A stretch of 64,000 bases of DNA, taken from sequence record NC_010811.2; one strand, given 5' to 3'. A model generated the notes under the pieces. That model had not been told where the DNA came from. It was given only the letters and a program-made list of their open reading frames with translations, and did not search any database. Positions 35,364 through 44,786 of the stretch are shown in pieces; the first letter of the stretch is position 1; each line of letters begins with the position of its first letter. Both the position numbers and the translations under genes were made by a program.

Positions 35364-37163
35364 CTACTTCCCCTTCGGTGAATCGAATCGTCGCCGGGTC
35401 TTGGTCAGCATGCTGTTGAGACTAGCCATGCGCGAAGCGTAGGGACTGGACGCGCGCTTCGCTCGCTGCTTGACAATCCGTTCCTTCTGCTTCTTCTTGG
35501 AAGCCTCAGCCCGGCGGACGTTTCGCAAGCGGGCCACCTCTTCGGGTGGGTACAGATTTTCTAGCTGCCGTGTGATGGACGTCTTGAAGCCCAGCCGCGT
35601 CACATAGCTGGTGTCTATGGTTGCTCGGTTGAACAGCTTCTCGTTCAGGAGGCGTGCGATACTATGGTCGGGCACCACAACCAACACTGACTCCGTGGAC
35701 TTCACGTCGCGAAGACTAAGGCGACACACGCTCTGATTGCACACATCGGCCACATGGTCCTTTGCAAAGTCGTAGTTCGGCAATCGCTCGCGGTAGAATT
35801 GGATGAGCTGTGGCGCAGGGTTGATGGCAGCCAAAAATGCGAGGACGTTACGCTCCTTATACGTGTTGAGCCCGTGACTCATGAAGGGCAGGAGTTCGGC
35901 CTCGGGACAGCCGCTGTCGTCGCTCAGCATTTCGGCATAGTGCTCGTCCTTGGCGAACTTGTCGTTGAGCACCATCAACGGCAAACCAAAGGACTTGTGA
36001 GTGCGACGCCAGTGGCGGATCACACGCTTCGCTGACTGTATGTACCACGCAAGCGGGTCGAACTCCACACCCTTCACTGTGCGAAGGTAGTCGATCTTGG
36101 CTTGGATCTTCTTGTTCAGTTCGTAGGCGGTGCTCACTGTTTGCTTTCGCATGGCCTTGCGCACGCCACCAACCGACGACACTCGCTCCAGAATCTTGTC
36201 GAGCTTGGAGGACGGTGCCAGCATGCCGTAGAGAAGCTGCGTTTTTGACAGGGCCATGTATTGCGGAGTGAGCAGGGCGATCGTCAGTTGATTGTAGCGA
36301 TTGAGAAGCGCGATGCGGCGCTTGGAAATGGTGTTGCCCAGCGCCAAACCCACGTCCCGCAGCTTAACGCCAGACGCTTCCTTCAGCAGGTGGTACATCT
36401 GCGAGTCTTCGAAGTGCGCGGCCAGCACGGTGACTCGCTTGAACCCGTCGAAGATGTGGGACGGCAGCACGATCTCGTAGAACTCATGCTGCTTCATAAG
36501 GAAGGACTGGCCCGAGTCGATGATCTCGTCGGCCTCCAACGGTATGTCAAGGAACACCTCGTACCGTGAGTTGGTTGCCTTGTCGAACAGCTTCTCGATG
36601 CGCTTGTACTGCTTGACGAACTGCGGAGTGTCGGAGAACGCCTTGGATTCGCGTAGAATCTTGGCGGCGCCGGGGCGGCAAGTCACCTGCCGAAACATAG
36701 ACTGGCCGACTCGCGGTTCAATCACAAACAGTCGAGCGAACAGGTCCTGTGCCCCAACATCGTTGAGAAGGATCTGCGCGCCCTGCGTTACGACCTTGCG
36801 CGCTTCGTCGAAGTAGACGGTGACCTGTTGGAATTCGGGAGCGCGGCGCAGCTTCAGAAACGAATCGTGAGTGGTGAGAACGATCCGTCCCTTGGCGGCA
36901 AGCGGGTCCAGCAGCGACAGCACAACTGCCTGCGGAACGTTCTTGGTGTTCTTGTGATGATGCATGAACACCTTCTTGAAGTCTTCGGGCGGTAGTCGTC
37001 GACTGAGATCGTTGCGTACCTGTTCCAGCAGTTTGATGGTGGGTGCCAGATACAGGGATTTCTGACGAGCGGGTAGCCCTCGCATCATATCCTCAATCGC
37101 CCAGTGAGTCTTACCCAGTCCGGGGATGGCAGAGATGTAGTCGATAACGGTGGTGGATGGCAT
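35364..37163 (-). CDS. SF2-like helicase / putative origin-binding protein (C-terminus probably extends to 35242)
   Basis: SAIPGLGKT Walker A and VYFDE Walker B; apparent frameshift at tandem GAATC (35380-35389). Confidence 0.7.
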   Translation of the reverse strand: MPSTTVIDYISAIPGLGKTHWAIEDMMRGLPARQKSLYLAPTIKLLEQVRNDLSRRLPPEDFKKVFMHHHKNTKNVPQAVVLSLLDPLAAKGRIVLTTHDSFLKLRRAPEFQQVTVYFDEARKVVTQGAQILLNDVGAQDLFARLFVIEPRVGQSMFRQVTCRPGAAKILRESKAFSDTPQFVKQYKRIEKLFDKATNSRYEVFLDIPLEADEIIDSGQSFLMKQHEFYEIVLPSHIFDGFKRVTVLAAHFEDSQMYHLLKEASGVKLRDVGLALGNTISKRRIALLNRYNQLTIALLTPQYMALSKTQLLYGMLAPSSKLDKILERVSSVGGVRKAMRKQTVSTAYELNKKIQAKIDYLRTVKGVEFDPLAWYIQSAKRVIRHWRRTHKSFGLPLMVLNDKFAKDEHYAEMLSDDSGCPEAELLPFMSHGLNTYKERNVLAFLAAINPAPQLIQFYRERLPNYDFAKDHVADVCNQSVCRLSLRDVKSTESVLVVVPDHSIARLLNEKLFNRATIDTSYVTRLGFKTSITRQLENLYPPEEVARLRNVRRAEASKKKQKERIVKQRAKRASSPYASRMASLNSMLTKTRRRFDSPKGK

Positions 37164-37164
37164 G

Positions 37165-37337
37165 GGTTTATGTACCAAGGGGCCTGCGAGCCATTTATTT
37201 ACTGCTGGACTTTTGCCAAAAGTCGTGCACTAAACTCCGCTCGCAGTGGAGCTGGCACACTGGCCCCTGCTGCTTTCGGTTTATGTACCATGCTCCCTTA
37301 TACAATCATATCTTAAAGGGAGGTGGGTACATAAACC
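37165..37337. repeat. Three GGTTTATGTACC 12-mers (two direct, one inverted) with a 60-nt hairpin; candidate origin/operator
   Basis: Copies at 37165-37176, 37278-37289 and 37326-37337 (inverted); inner CTCCCTT/AAGGGAG stem around a 16-nt AT-rich loop; located at the strand switch. Confidence 0.7.
37196..37202 (-). promoter_or_regulatory. GTAAATA phage promoter motif
   Basis: CAGCAGTAAATA upstream of the helicase-like gene. Confidence 0.65.
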
Positions 37338-37677
37338 CGCCCGGTACGGGCAAAACAGCAAAAGTGGATGGCACGAGTAGTCAAGCACGTTATGAGGGGT
37401 GGCGGGGGTCCCCTCAGGGGGTGCCGCGCCGAGTAGTGCTTGCTACGAGTGTTCATGGGCGAGCGCAGCGAAGCCCATCACTAGAACAGGCAACAACCCC
37501 GAAGCTGATCAGTGTTTGGCTTGTGGCCTTTGTCTGTCAAGCGCGCTTCGCGCGCGAGGCCGCCATAGCTCACTTGCCCTTGCCGTGCTGCGCACGGACA
37601 TCGGGCTTGCATGCTCACTATGGACGGCGATCTACTGTTCCGAGTCTGTCCCATCCACTGCGAGTTACGCTGTGACC

Positions 37678-37684
37678 GTAAATA
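37678..37684 (+). promoter_or_regulatory. GTAAATA phage promoter motif
   Basis: 30 nt upstream of the nuclease ATG 37715. Confidence 0.6.
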
Positions 37685-37714
37685 CACGCGTCAGCAACTA
37701 AACGCAAAATCAAC

Positions 37715-38728
37715 ATGGAAGCAGTAGGCATCGGTGACCTGCATCTCACAGGGCAGAACGGCAAAGGTGCGCTGTCTCAGTACATCGAGAATCCAGACCA
37801 GATGGTGATGAACGAAGTACAGAAAGCGCAAGACTGGGCACGCGCCCGTGGTGTGCGTCGCATCTTCTACTACGGCGACGTGTGTGACACGCCTCGCATG
37901 TCGTACGACGCGGTCATGGCGCTCACTGCCAATCTAGACCGCAACGATGACCTGCTCCACACCTTCATCCTGGGCAATCATGACATGTTCGGCATGCAGC
38001 CCGAACTCGGTCATAGCCTCGAACTGTTGTCGCTGCTCAAGCGCCCTCACGTCAAGATCTACACGCATCAACGCCGCGTGAAGGTGGAAGGGGCATATGT
38101 CAACTTCATGCCGTACCCGTGCGACAAGTTCGACGTCGACTCGTTGAACGTGTTCCACCTTGAAGTGCGCGGTGCGAAGAACGATGCGGGTCGTGTGTTC
38201 GACGATGAGAAGTTGCCGCGGTCCAAGGCCGTGGCCGTTGGTGGCCATCTGCATACGGCGCATCGCGTGCGCAACACCTACTTCAGCGGCAATCTGTATC
38301 AGACGAACTTCGGCGAGCAGCTGCCGAAGTACTTCCACCACATTCAGTTCAACTCGCCGCAAGACTACGAGATTCGCAGCGTGAAGCACAGCCCGACGTA
38401 CACGCTGCACAACGTGGTGCTGCAGTCGCGGAAGGACCTGGAGCTCATCCCTCGCGAGAAGACGTCGCTGGTCAAGCTCATCGTGGAAGACGGGGCCGAT
38501 GTGTCGGCTGCCGACTACGCCTTCGACAACATCGTCCAGATCAAGAACTGGAAGACGAAGGCCGATCTGGCTGCGGTGTTGACCGAAGACCTGTCGCAGG
38601 GACAGGCGGTCACCATCAACCTGGAACTGTTCTTCAGTGAGTGGGTGGCAGGCTACGATGTGGACGAGTCGATGCGTGATGCGATCCGCGAAGTGCGGCG
38701 TCGCGTGTTGAACGGCGCCCGTAAATAG
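37715..38728 (+). CDS. sbcD: SbcD/Mre11 (T4 gp47-like) metallophosphoesterase nuclease
   Basis: GDLH, YGDVCD, LGNHD, GHLH motifs. Confidence 0.88.
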   Translation: MEAVGIGDLHLTGQNGKGALSQYIENPDQMVMNEVQKAQDWARARGVRRIFYYGDVCDTPRMSYDAVMALTANLDRNDDLLHTFILGNHDMFGMQPELGHSLELLSLLKRPHVKIYTHQRRVKVEGAYVNFMPYPCDKFDVDSLNVFHLEVRGAKNDAGRVFDDEKLPRSKAVAVGGHLHTAHRVRNTYFSGNLYQTNFGEQLPKYFHHIQFNSPQDYEIRSVKHSPTYTLHNVVLQSRKDLELIPREKTSLVKLIVEDGADVSAADYAFDNIVQIKNWKTKADLAAVLTEDLSQGQAVTINLELFFSEWVAGYDVDESMRDAIREVRRRVLNGARK

Positions 38729-38753
38729 AACGGTCCCTGTCTTAGGAGCGCTC

Positions 38754-38987
38754 ATGGCCTTCTGTGGTGTTATCAATCAAGAGATCGCGACCGCCGTGTG
38801 TCCGCTGTCCAAGGGCGCGTGCATGTGGCAGCATCGCACGTCGCATCTCTGCAAGTTCCAAGATCACGAGTTGGACGCCGAGCAGTACGCGAAGCTAGTG
38901 GGTTTGCCTCCGGCCGATCCAAACGTGATCCAAATCCTCAAGAGTACCCTGTTGCACCGCGTGCGCGCGGAACTGGAGACCAAATGA
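38754..38987 (+). CDS. Small Cys-rich hypothetical protein
   Basis: AGGAG SD; GTAAATA motif at 38721-38727. Confidence 0.7.
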   Translation: MAFCGVINQEIATAVCPLSKGACMWQHRTSHLCKFQDHELDAEQYAKLVGLPPADPNVIQILKSTLLHRVRAELETK

Positions 38988-39529
38988 TCAAGCGTATCAA
39001 GCAGTGGATTGGTGAGTGGCGCAATCCCTACATCAAGGACCTGGAAACGCTGGCGGTCCCCGTCCTCTTACACAAGAACCGATTCTGGATTGTGAACACC
39101 AGTCACCTGACGGACACGCCCGGTGAAGTCGTGCTGCGCCTGGACCACTCGAACATGAGCAAAGTGTTCGTCGTTCCTGAGACATGGTTGCCGATCGATG
39201 CTTCGGTCTACTCTCGCGAGCTTCTTACTCACGCATTCTTGTGGCAGGCCGTGGACAAGAAACTGGTGGCCGTGGTCAAGCCGCGTGTCGCCCGTCGCCT
39301 GCTTGAGTCTTTGGAAGCCGAGATCGAGCGCCGTCGGCTGGCTGCATACAACCCGGTCCCTTGCTCGTTCTCTGATCCCATCTTCGTCCAACGTCGTCGT
39401 GCCATTCTTGCGGCACGCGCTGGTGAAGGGGCGATGCCGTGCTACACCAAGAAGCCTCGTCTCTCTCGTTGGTGGCATCCCATCACCGACCGCGTGCGCA
39501 ACGTGTGGCGTGCGCTGCTTGGCAAGTAG
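38984..39529 (+). CDS. Hypothetical protein, paralog of 39713-40429
   Basis: Shared WxxNT...GE...VPExWLPxDA...AV...ERxRL pattern. Confidence 0.7.
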   Translation: MIKRIKQWIGEWRNPYIKDLETLAVPVLLHKNRFWIVNTSHLTDTPGEVVLRLDHSNMSKVFVVPETWLPIDASVYSRELLTHAFLWQAVDKKLVAVVKPRVARRLLESLEAEIERRRLAAYNPVPCSFSDPIFVQRRRAILAARAGEGAMPCYTKKPRLSRWWHPITDRVRNVWRALLGK

Positions 39530-39712
39530 TGCAGAACTGCCTATGGTCCCCAAATCCCAATTTGAATGTCAGCCACTGCAGTCGCACACCGGCGCGGTAG
39601 GCGCAACTCTTCCTACGTTGGGCATAGTGCATCTAACCAAAACGCACGACCCAACCAATCCTGACATCCAAATGACTAGCCCCGTAGGGGTGGAACAAAC
39701 GAGGATCATATC

Positions 39713-40429
39713 ATGGGTATCAATCGCATCTCGATGACGGACCTGGAAGCCAGTGGCGAACGCGGCAGTGTGTGGGTGTTGAACACCGCGCAGGAATCGC
39801 AGTACGAACTGAAGGGCGAGATCATCATCAACGTACCGAACGCTCAGGGCAAGGGTGAGCCGCTGCGCGTCCCAGAGTCGTGGTTGCCATTCGACGCAAC
39901 GTCGCGCTTTCCGAAGACCCGACTGCTGGACAGCACGGACTTCCGCAGCGCGGTGGTCAACGGCCTGATCGCGGTGATCGACGAGAAGTCGGCGACCAGC
40001 ATTCTCAACGAGCCGGGTGCACGCGAAGAACGCCAACGTCTGCAACAGTTCGACAAGCACGTGCGTGAAGCGTCGGGCGCCAAGCCCATCAACGAAAAGC
40101 TGGTGTCCATCACCAACCCGAACCGCGACAACCAGAGCAACACGACGCCTGTGGAACTGGTCGGCGGTCGCGAGGAAACGGTCGCTGCGCTGGCCAAGGC
40201 CGGAGCCAAGGCCACCAACGGCATGAAGCCGCAGTTCATGGCCTTCTTCGAGAAGACCAAGATGCAGGCCGACACAGAGGCGCTGAACAGCATCCGCAAT
40301 CGCGGCAAGATGAGCCGCAAGGAACTGCGCTACCTGCGCGACAACCTGCCGGACCATCACGTCAAGACCAAGAAGGCAGTGAAGGGTCGTCTCAGCGCGC
40401 TGCGCGCAGCAGGTGCCACCACGGAGTAA
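39713..40429 (+). CDS. Hypothetical protein, paralog of 38984-39529
   Basis: See paralog; strong codon bias. Confidence 0.8.
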   Translation: MGINRISMTDLEASGERGSVWVLNTAQESQYELKGEIIINVPNAQGKGEPLRVPESWLPFDATSRFPKTRLLDSTDFRSAVVNGLIAVIDEKSATSILNEPGAREERQRLQQFDKHVREASGAKPINEKLVSITNPNRDNQSNTTPVELVGGREETVAALAKAGAKATNGMKPQFMAFFEKTKMQADTEALNSIRNRGKMSRKELRYLRDNLPDHHVKTKKAVKGRLSALRAAGATTE

Positions 40430-40461
40430 CGCCCGCCTGTTTAGGCCACCTGTAGTGCCCC

Positions 40462-40496
40462 AAGCCCCTGTTGTGAATTCACAACAGGGGCTTTTG
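40462..40496 (+). terminator. Perfect 32-bp palindrome terminator
   Basis: AAGCCCCTGTTGTGAA/TTCACAACAGGGGCTT (40462-40493) ending in a T-run. Confidence 0.8.
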
Positions 40497-40502
40497 ACAT
40501 GG

Positions 40503-40531
40503 TTGCGCGCCGTGCGAAAACCGTGCATAAT
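40503..40531 (+). promoter_or_regulatory. Sigma70-like early promoter
   Basis: TTGCGC-17 nt-CATAAT. Confidence 0.75.
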
Positions 40532-40558
40532 ACGTCACATAGCAGTACACGTTACCGC

Positions 40559-40575
40559 CTCCCATCGAAACGGAG
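40559..40575 (+). repeat. Start-associated element CTCCCATCGAAACGGAG (copy 1 of 7)
   Basis: 6 nt before ATG 40582. Confidence 0.9.
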
Positions 40576-40581
40576 CACAGC

Positions 40582-40899
40582 ATGTCCCTACACCAATCGC
40601 ACCCGCACCTGAACTACGCTCTTGAGGTGTACATCTCAAAGCATCAGTACATCGCATCGCCTCTGCAAGTCGTGAGCTACCTCACTGCGCCGACTTTCAA
40701 GGCGGATCTCGACGAAATGGGCGTAGATCCGGCACAAGCCGGTGCGCAAGCCGACACGTGGCTCAGTGCACCACTGAACATGGCCCTCTTCCTGAAAGAA
40801 GTGATCGAGGAAAACGAGCCGTCGGTACTCGGCGCTGAACATCACACTGGAGCCGAGGCGCTGGCCGCTCTGCTCTGGGTCGCAGACAATCTCGCGTAA
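40582..40899 (+). CDS. Early hypothetical protein
   Basis: First gene after the early promoter. Confidence 0.75.
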   Translation: MSLHQSHPHLNYALEVYISKHQYIASPLQVVSYLTAPTFKADLDEMGVDPAQAGAQADTWLSAPLNMALFLKEVIEENEPSVLGAEHHTGAEALAALLWVADNLA

Positions 40900-40909
40900 G
40901 GGGTTCAAC

Positions 40910-41608
40910 ATGTCCAACGTCTACACCGCAGACTTCGGCGCAACCAAGTTCCAGACCACGCGTCGTGGGGTCAACGCCACGTCGCCCATCCTCAAGAATG
41001 GCGTCAAGGTCGCCACGCTCCACGATGTGGCCGAGCGCATCTCCACCGACGTGGTGTTCGTCAACACCCAGGAGCGCTTTGCCTTCTTGGAGGCCGCTCA
41101 GTCGCACGGGTTCACGGGGTCCGAGCACTTCGCCATCTCCGAGTTCGCTCGCCATCTGCTGGATAAGGCGTCCAACGCTTTCCTGGAGGCTGTCGAGCCA
41201 TCCAAGCCCAAGCGCAAGGCCAAGCCGTTGCCCGCTCCTACGCCCGAGCCACAACGCACAGTTCCAGAAGCGGGCGCGGACTTCATCCGCGAAGCGTTCG
41301 GCATCGAAACGCAGTTCGAGCGGCAAGCGTACCAACCCAAGCGCAAGCGCCTGCTCTTCTCGTCGTCGGGCAAGGTTCCATCGTTTCCTGAGTTGGAACG
41401 CATCTGTCGCCAGTTCACTGCGCAGCGCTGCCAAAACGTCAACACGTCGGTCTTCATCAGCGAAACGCCAGTGTTCCACTCCAGTACGTGGAGCATTCGC
41501 GAGCTGACTGTATCGTTCGATGGGCACCGAGTAGTGTTCACCAAGTACCACAACGCTACTGACCTGCACATCGAGCTCATCGATCGCAGCGCTGTCTACG
41601 AGGAGTAA
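40910..41608 (+). CDS. Early hypothetical protein
   Basis: ORF packing. Confidence 0.75.
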   Translation: MSNVYTADFGATKFQTTRRGVNATSPILKNGVKVATLHDVAERISTDVVFVNTQERFAFLEAAQSHGFTGSEHFAISEFARHLLDKASNAFLEAVEPSKPKRKAKPLPAPTPEPQRTVPEAGADFIREAFGIETQFERQAYQPKRKRLLFSSSGKVPSFPELERICRQFTAQRCQNVNTSVFISETPVFHSSTWSIRELTVSFDGHRVVFTKYHNATDLHIELIDRSAVYEE

Positions 41609-41611
41609 ATC

Positions 41612-42040
41612 ATGGAAAAGTTCTTCGCAGAGACAGTCGTTACCCATGAAGGATTCGGGCGTGGGGTTGTTCTCGCAGAGACGGCGCCCGACGTGTACGA
41701 GGTGCGATTCGATCGGGTCATCGACCCTTTCGTCACCGATTACGAATGCTCTCGTACTCATACGGTGAGCGCCGAGCATCTAGAGCGTGTGGTCCTCACG
41801 TTGGCCGACTTTAAGCCCGGCGACAAGCTGGAATTCACCCAGCGCTTCCGTGTCGGCGACAAGACCGTGACCGAGGTGCGGACCGCTGTTGTCACCCTCA
41901 TCAACTGGGAAGGTAACGGCCTCGTGTCGTACACAGGTCGCGTTCAAGAAGGCATGATGCGGACGGGCTCCGGCGCGTTCGACCCGGCAGCGGTGGGCAC
42001 CAAGCCGTTCGGTTTCCACTGCGCAGTGCGTAAGGTCTAA
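41612..42040 (+). CDS. Hypothetical protein (SH3-like segments)
   Basis: VTHEGFGRGVV; FKPGDKLEF. Confidence 0.7.
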   Translation: MEKFFAETVVTHEGFGRGVVLAETAPDVYEVRFDRVIDPFVTDYECSRTHTVSAEHLERVVLTLADFKPGDKLEFTQRFRVGDKTVTEVRTAVVTLINWEGNGLVSYTGRVQEGMMRTGSGAFDPAAVGTKPFGFHCAVRKV

Positions 42041-42050
42041 GGAGTGGGTC

Positions 42051-42380
42051 ATGAAGTTCGTCAACAGCAAGAAGGTCAAGGACCATGCGTACGACCTGTA
42101 TCTGGTCCGTCAGCAGAAGCGTGAGCTCGCTGAGAAGATGCGCGAGTTGGAAGCGCAAGAGCAGGCGTTGTCCGCGTTTCTGCGCGCAAAGCGCGCCGAC
42201 GAGGACTTCCAGTTTGCAGATCCCGAAGGCTATCTGATGGAAACGGATTTCGTGCCGGGGTCGCGTATGGATGTGAACGACGCGCAGGTCCGCCGAGACT
42301 ACGCCAAGATGGGTAAGAAGGTGCCCATGAAGAAGAGCGAGTGGGTCACGGTCAAAGTCCGCTACATCCTGGAGAAGTAA
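42051..42380 (+). CDS. Hypothetical coiled-coil protein
   Basis: AAGGAG SD. Confidence 0.75.
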   Translation: MKFVNSKKVKDHAYDLYLVRQQKRELAEKMRELEAQEQALSAFLRAKRADEDFQFADPEGYLMETDFVPGSRMDVNDAQVRRDYAKMGKKVPMKKSEWVTVKVRYILEK

Positions 42381-42498
42381 TGACCACATTCCAAGCCATC
42401 GTGGTGGCACTCGTGCAGTACGCAGTAGTCATCGGCCCGATCGTGTTCGTGCTTGAGCGCCGCCGTCGGGCCTATCTCAAATCTCCGGGAGATTCCAA

Positions 42499-42807
42499 AT
42501 GAGCCCCTTCCGTCTGTGGGTCAAGATCAGTGGTAGAACCCTGTTGTGCATGCAAGCGATCAATCTGTACACTCTGTATCGGCATGAGGGGCGCTTCGAG
42601 GTATTCGCCATCGTGGTGGTCCTCACGCTTCTGCTGTCAGTGCTCATCGGTCTGGCAGTAGTCCTCTTGCAACAAGAACGGCGTGCGGCTGTCTTGCGCC
42701 CCGCCACCATCGAACCCAGCACGCAGACCGAGTGGGAATGGGCCGAGCACTGCCCGCGTCAAGCTGAGTTTCAACGTCGCATGAACGAACTGGCCACTTC
42801 CAAATGA
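42499..42807 (+). CDS. Membrane protein
   Basis: Hydrophobic segments. Confidence 0.6.
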   Translation: MSPFRLWVKISGRTLLCMQAINLYTLYRHEGRFEVFAIVVVLTLLLSVLIGLAVVLLQQERRAAVLRPATIEPSTQTEWEWAEHCPRQAEFQRRMNELATSK

Positions 42808-43517
42808 ACAAGGTCTCTCTCCGTGAGCGCGCTCTGCGCCTGTTGTCGTTGTCCATGTACGAGAACGCTGATATCGGGGACTCGTTGAAACAAGCATCGT
42901 TCTGCGAGCTTCAGCCGCCGAGCGACCAGTACATTCTGCGAATGATGGTGAAGGGGCCATCCACCCACGGATGGGCGATTCCACCGGCGCTGGATTGGTT
43001 GCGTTCCACCATTATCAGTCTGGACGAGTATCAGCGCGCAGTCATGCAGGTGGAGCATCCGTACGTCTACGTGACCGTGCGATCGGGCGTTGTGCGGTCC
43101 ATGACCGACGACGAGTGGCATGTGGATGGCTTCTCCATGCGCAAGCCGCACGCGCCGGAGCAGAACTACATCTGGTCGAGCCACACGGGCACCGAGGTCG
43201 CAGTGCAGAATTTCCGCATTCTTGACACCTTCGATCCCAAGCGGCACAACATCCATCAGTACTTCCAGCGGCGCGTGGATCCGCGTACCGTGGAGCGGCT
43301 GTTGCCCGGTCATCTGTACCTGATCGATCCGTACGTCGTGCATCGCCGTCCTGCGGTGGCACCCGGCACCCAACGCGCATTTGTTCGCATCTCGTTTGTG
43401 CCGATCGAAATCGAAGACGACACGTGCACTCCCAATCCGCTGCTGCCTGCCAAGCACTACGGCCGGACAGACATTCGCACGCATCTCATTGACTACGACA
43501 AGGATCCAACGCTATGA
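42804..43517 (+). CDS. 2OG-Fe(II) dioxygenase-like protein
   Basis: WHVDG (HxD)...VVHRRP (distal H)...RAFVRISF (2OG-binding R). Confidence 0.65.
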   Translation: MNKVSLRERALRLLSLSMYENADIGDSLKQASFCELQPPSDQYILRMMVKGPSTHGWAIPPALDWLRSTIISLDEYQRAVMQVEHPYVYVTVRSGVVRSMTDDEWHVDGFSMRKPHAPEQNYIWSSHTGTEVAVQNFRILDTFDPKRHNIHQYFQRRVDPRTVERLLPGHLYLIDPYVVHRRPAVAPGTQRAFVRISFVPIEIEDDTCTPNPLLPAKHYGRTDIRTHLIDYDKDPTL

Positions 43518-43795
43518 TCACGGCCAAAGAAGCAAGCGCTATGTTCAAACCTCAGTCGCCGAACATACTAGAACCGGAAGTGTGGGCGGCCATGGGTTTG
43601 TTGGATTTGGAAGTGCGTAAGACAGCCGTCTTGCGGCGGTCCTTTACTCGCCGTCTTCTGGTGGATCACGCCACTGCCCAAAGCATCTGCATGCTGTTGA
43701 AGGATCTGGGATTCCAGGCCGACTTCCAGCGTGCTGGCGGAAATTCTGAGGAAGACGAGTTGTCCATCTACCGCTTCCAAGTAAGCTGGGCGTGA
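43514..43795 (+). CDS. Hypothetical protein
   Basis: ATGA overlap. Confidence 0.65.
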   Translation: MITAKEASAMFKPQSPNILEPEVWAAMGLLDLEVRKTAVLRRSFTRRLLVDHATAQSICMLLKDLGFQADFQRAGGNSEEDELSIYRFQVSWA

Positions 43796-43888
43796 TGAGC
43801 GAGTTCCACACTGTAATGCTGGTGATTGGTGGCGAATGCGCGCTTGCCATACTCATCATTCTGCTGCGCGCATACCTGGAGCATCGTC

Positions 43889-44404
43889 ATGCAGTTCAAA
43901 TCGTTGGCCGTTCAACGGCCGGAGTTCAAGACCCAAGCGAAGAAGAGCGTCCGGCGTTGGCTGAAGGCGCTGGGCTACACCAAGATCAAGAAGCGTAACA
44001 TGCTGAACGGGGTGATTCCCGTTCTCGGAGCACCTCTCGCCTCGCGCAAAGACATCGACGTCATAGAGTTTCAGTTGCAGGACACGACGCCCGAACGCTT
44101 CCATACTCTTGTCTTGCACTGGGCACAGCGCAACGGCCTGGATCCACAGACGCAGGGCCTGACTGTAGGCGACGAGTCTTGGTCCGTAGTCTGGTTGCGT
44201 GCGGTGAACGGCTGGATCTTCGTCCCGTTCTGTAAGAAGTACGAGTCCGAAAACAACTGTCCCCCTTGGTTCGAGATGACGGTGGTGCTCGCCGCCAACT
44301 TCCTCGCACTCGAAACTTGGATTCAGTGGTCTACCCTGAAGAGTCCCTTCACGACGCTTCGCCGCCTGGACCAATTCCGTGCAATGAACAAGGATCCGTC
44401 ATGA
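43889..44404 (+). CDS. Hypothetical protein
   Basis: Start uncertain. Confidence 0.6.
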   Translation: MQFKSLAVQRPEFKTQAKKSVRRWLKALGYTKIKKRNMLNGVIPVLGAPLASRKDIDVIEFQLQDTTPERFHTLVLHWAQRNGLDPQTQGLTVGDESWSVVWLRAVNGWIFVPFCKKYESENNCPPWFEMTVVLAANFLALETWIQWSTLKSPFTTLRRLDQFRAMNKDPS

Positions 44405-44769
44405 TGAACACTGCCCTGCTGCTCGCAATCCTCGCCATCTGTGTGCTGGCATTGGTCCTCCTCTTCCATGTGCATCGACGGCTGCATCCGCGTCCTGATC
44501 CACTGACAGAAGAAGTTCAGTCACTGCGCAGGCGGATCGCTCCGTATGAAGCGCAGTTCGGCGTTCTGGACAGTGTCCAGCTCTGGAAGATCCTGCAGAA
44601 AGCCGACGATGCACCGGCCGTGAGCCCGCCACTCGTGTATCCGCACGACCTGACCGATGACCCGGACGTATCCGTCGATCGGTTCTACGCGCTGGAAGAG
44701 TACCACGATCTGCGGCTGGAGCTCGAATTCCTCGAAGAAGATCTCAAGCTGGCAGAAGAATTCTTCTAA
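44401..44769 (+). CDS. Membrane-anchored hypothetical protein
   Basis: N-terminal TM segment; ATGA overlap. Confidence 0.65.
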   Translation: MMNTALLLAILAICVLALVLLFHVHRRLHPRPDPLTEEVQSLRRRIAPYEAQFGVLDSVQLWKILQKADDAPAVSPPLVYPHDLTDDPDVSVDRFYALEEYHDLRLELEFLEEDLKLAEEFF

Positions 44770-44786
44770 CCCAAAGAAGGCACATC

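Noticed and set aside
35365-35380. Programmed -1 frameshift at AAG GGG AAG in the helicase-like gene
   Set aside because: Not a canonical X XXY YYZ heptamer; the adjacent 5-nt duplication explains the frame change more simply.
37340-37700. ORFs 37157-37675, 37399-37701 and 37481-37687 in the divergent intergenic region
   Set aside because: No SD or phage-like codon usage and mutually overlapping; treated as noncoding.
37715-38728. SbcD-like nuclease without neighbouring SbcC/gp46
   Set aside because: Split gene arrangements are common in jumbo phages; the partner is probably outside the window.
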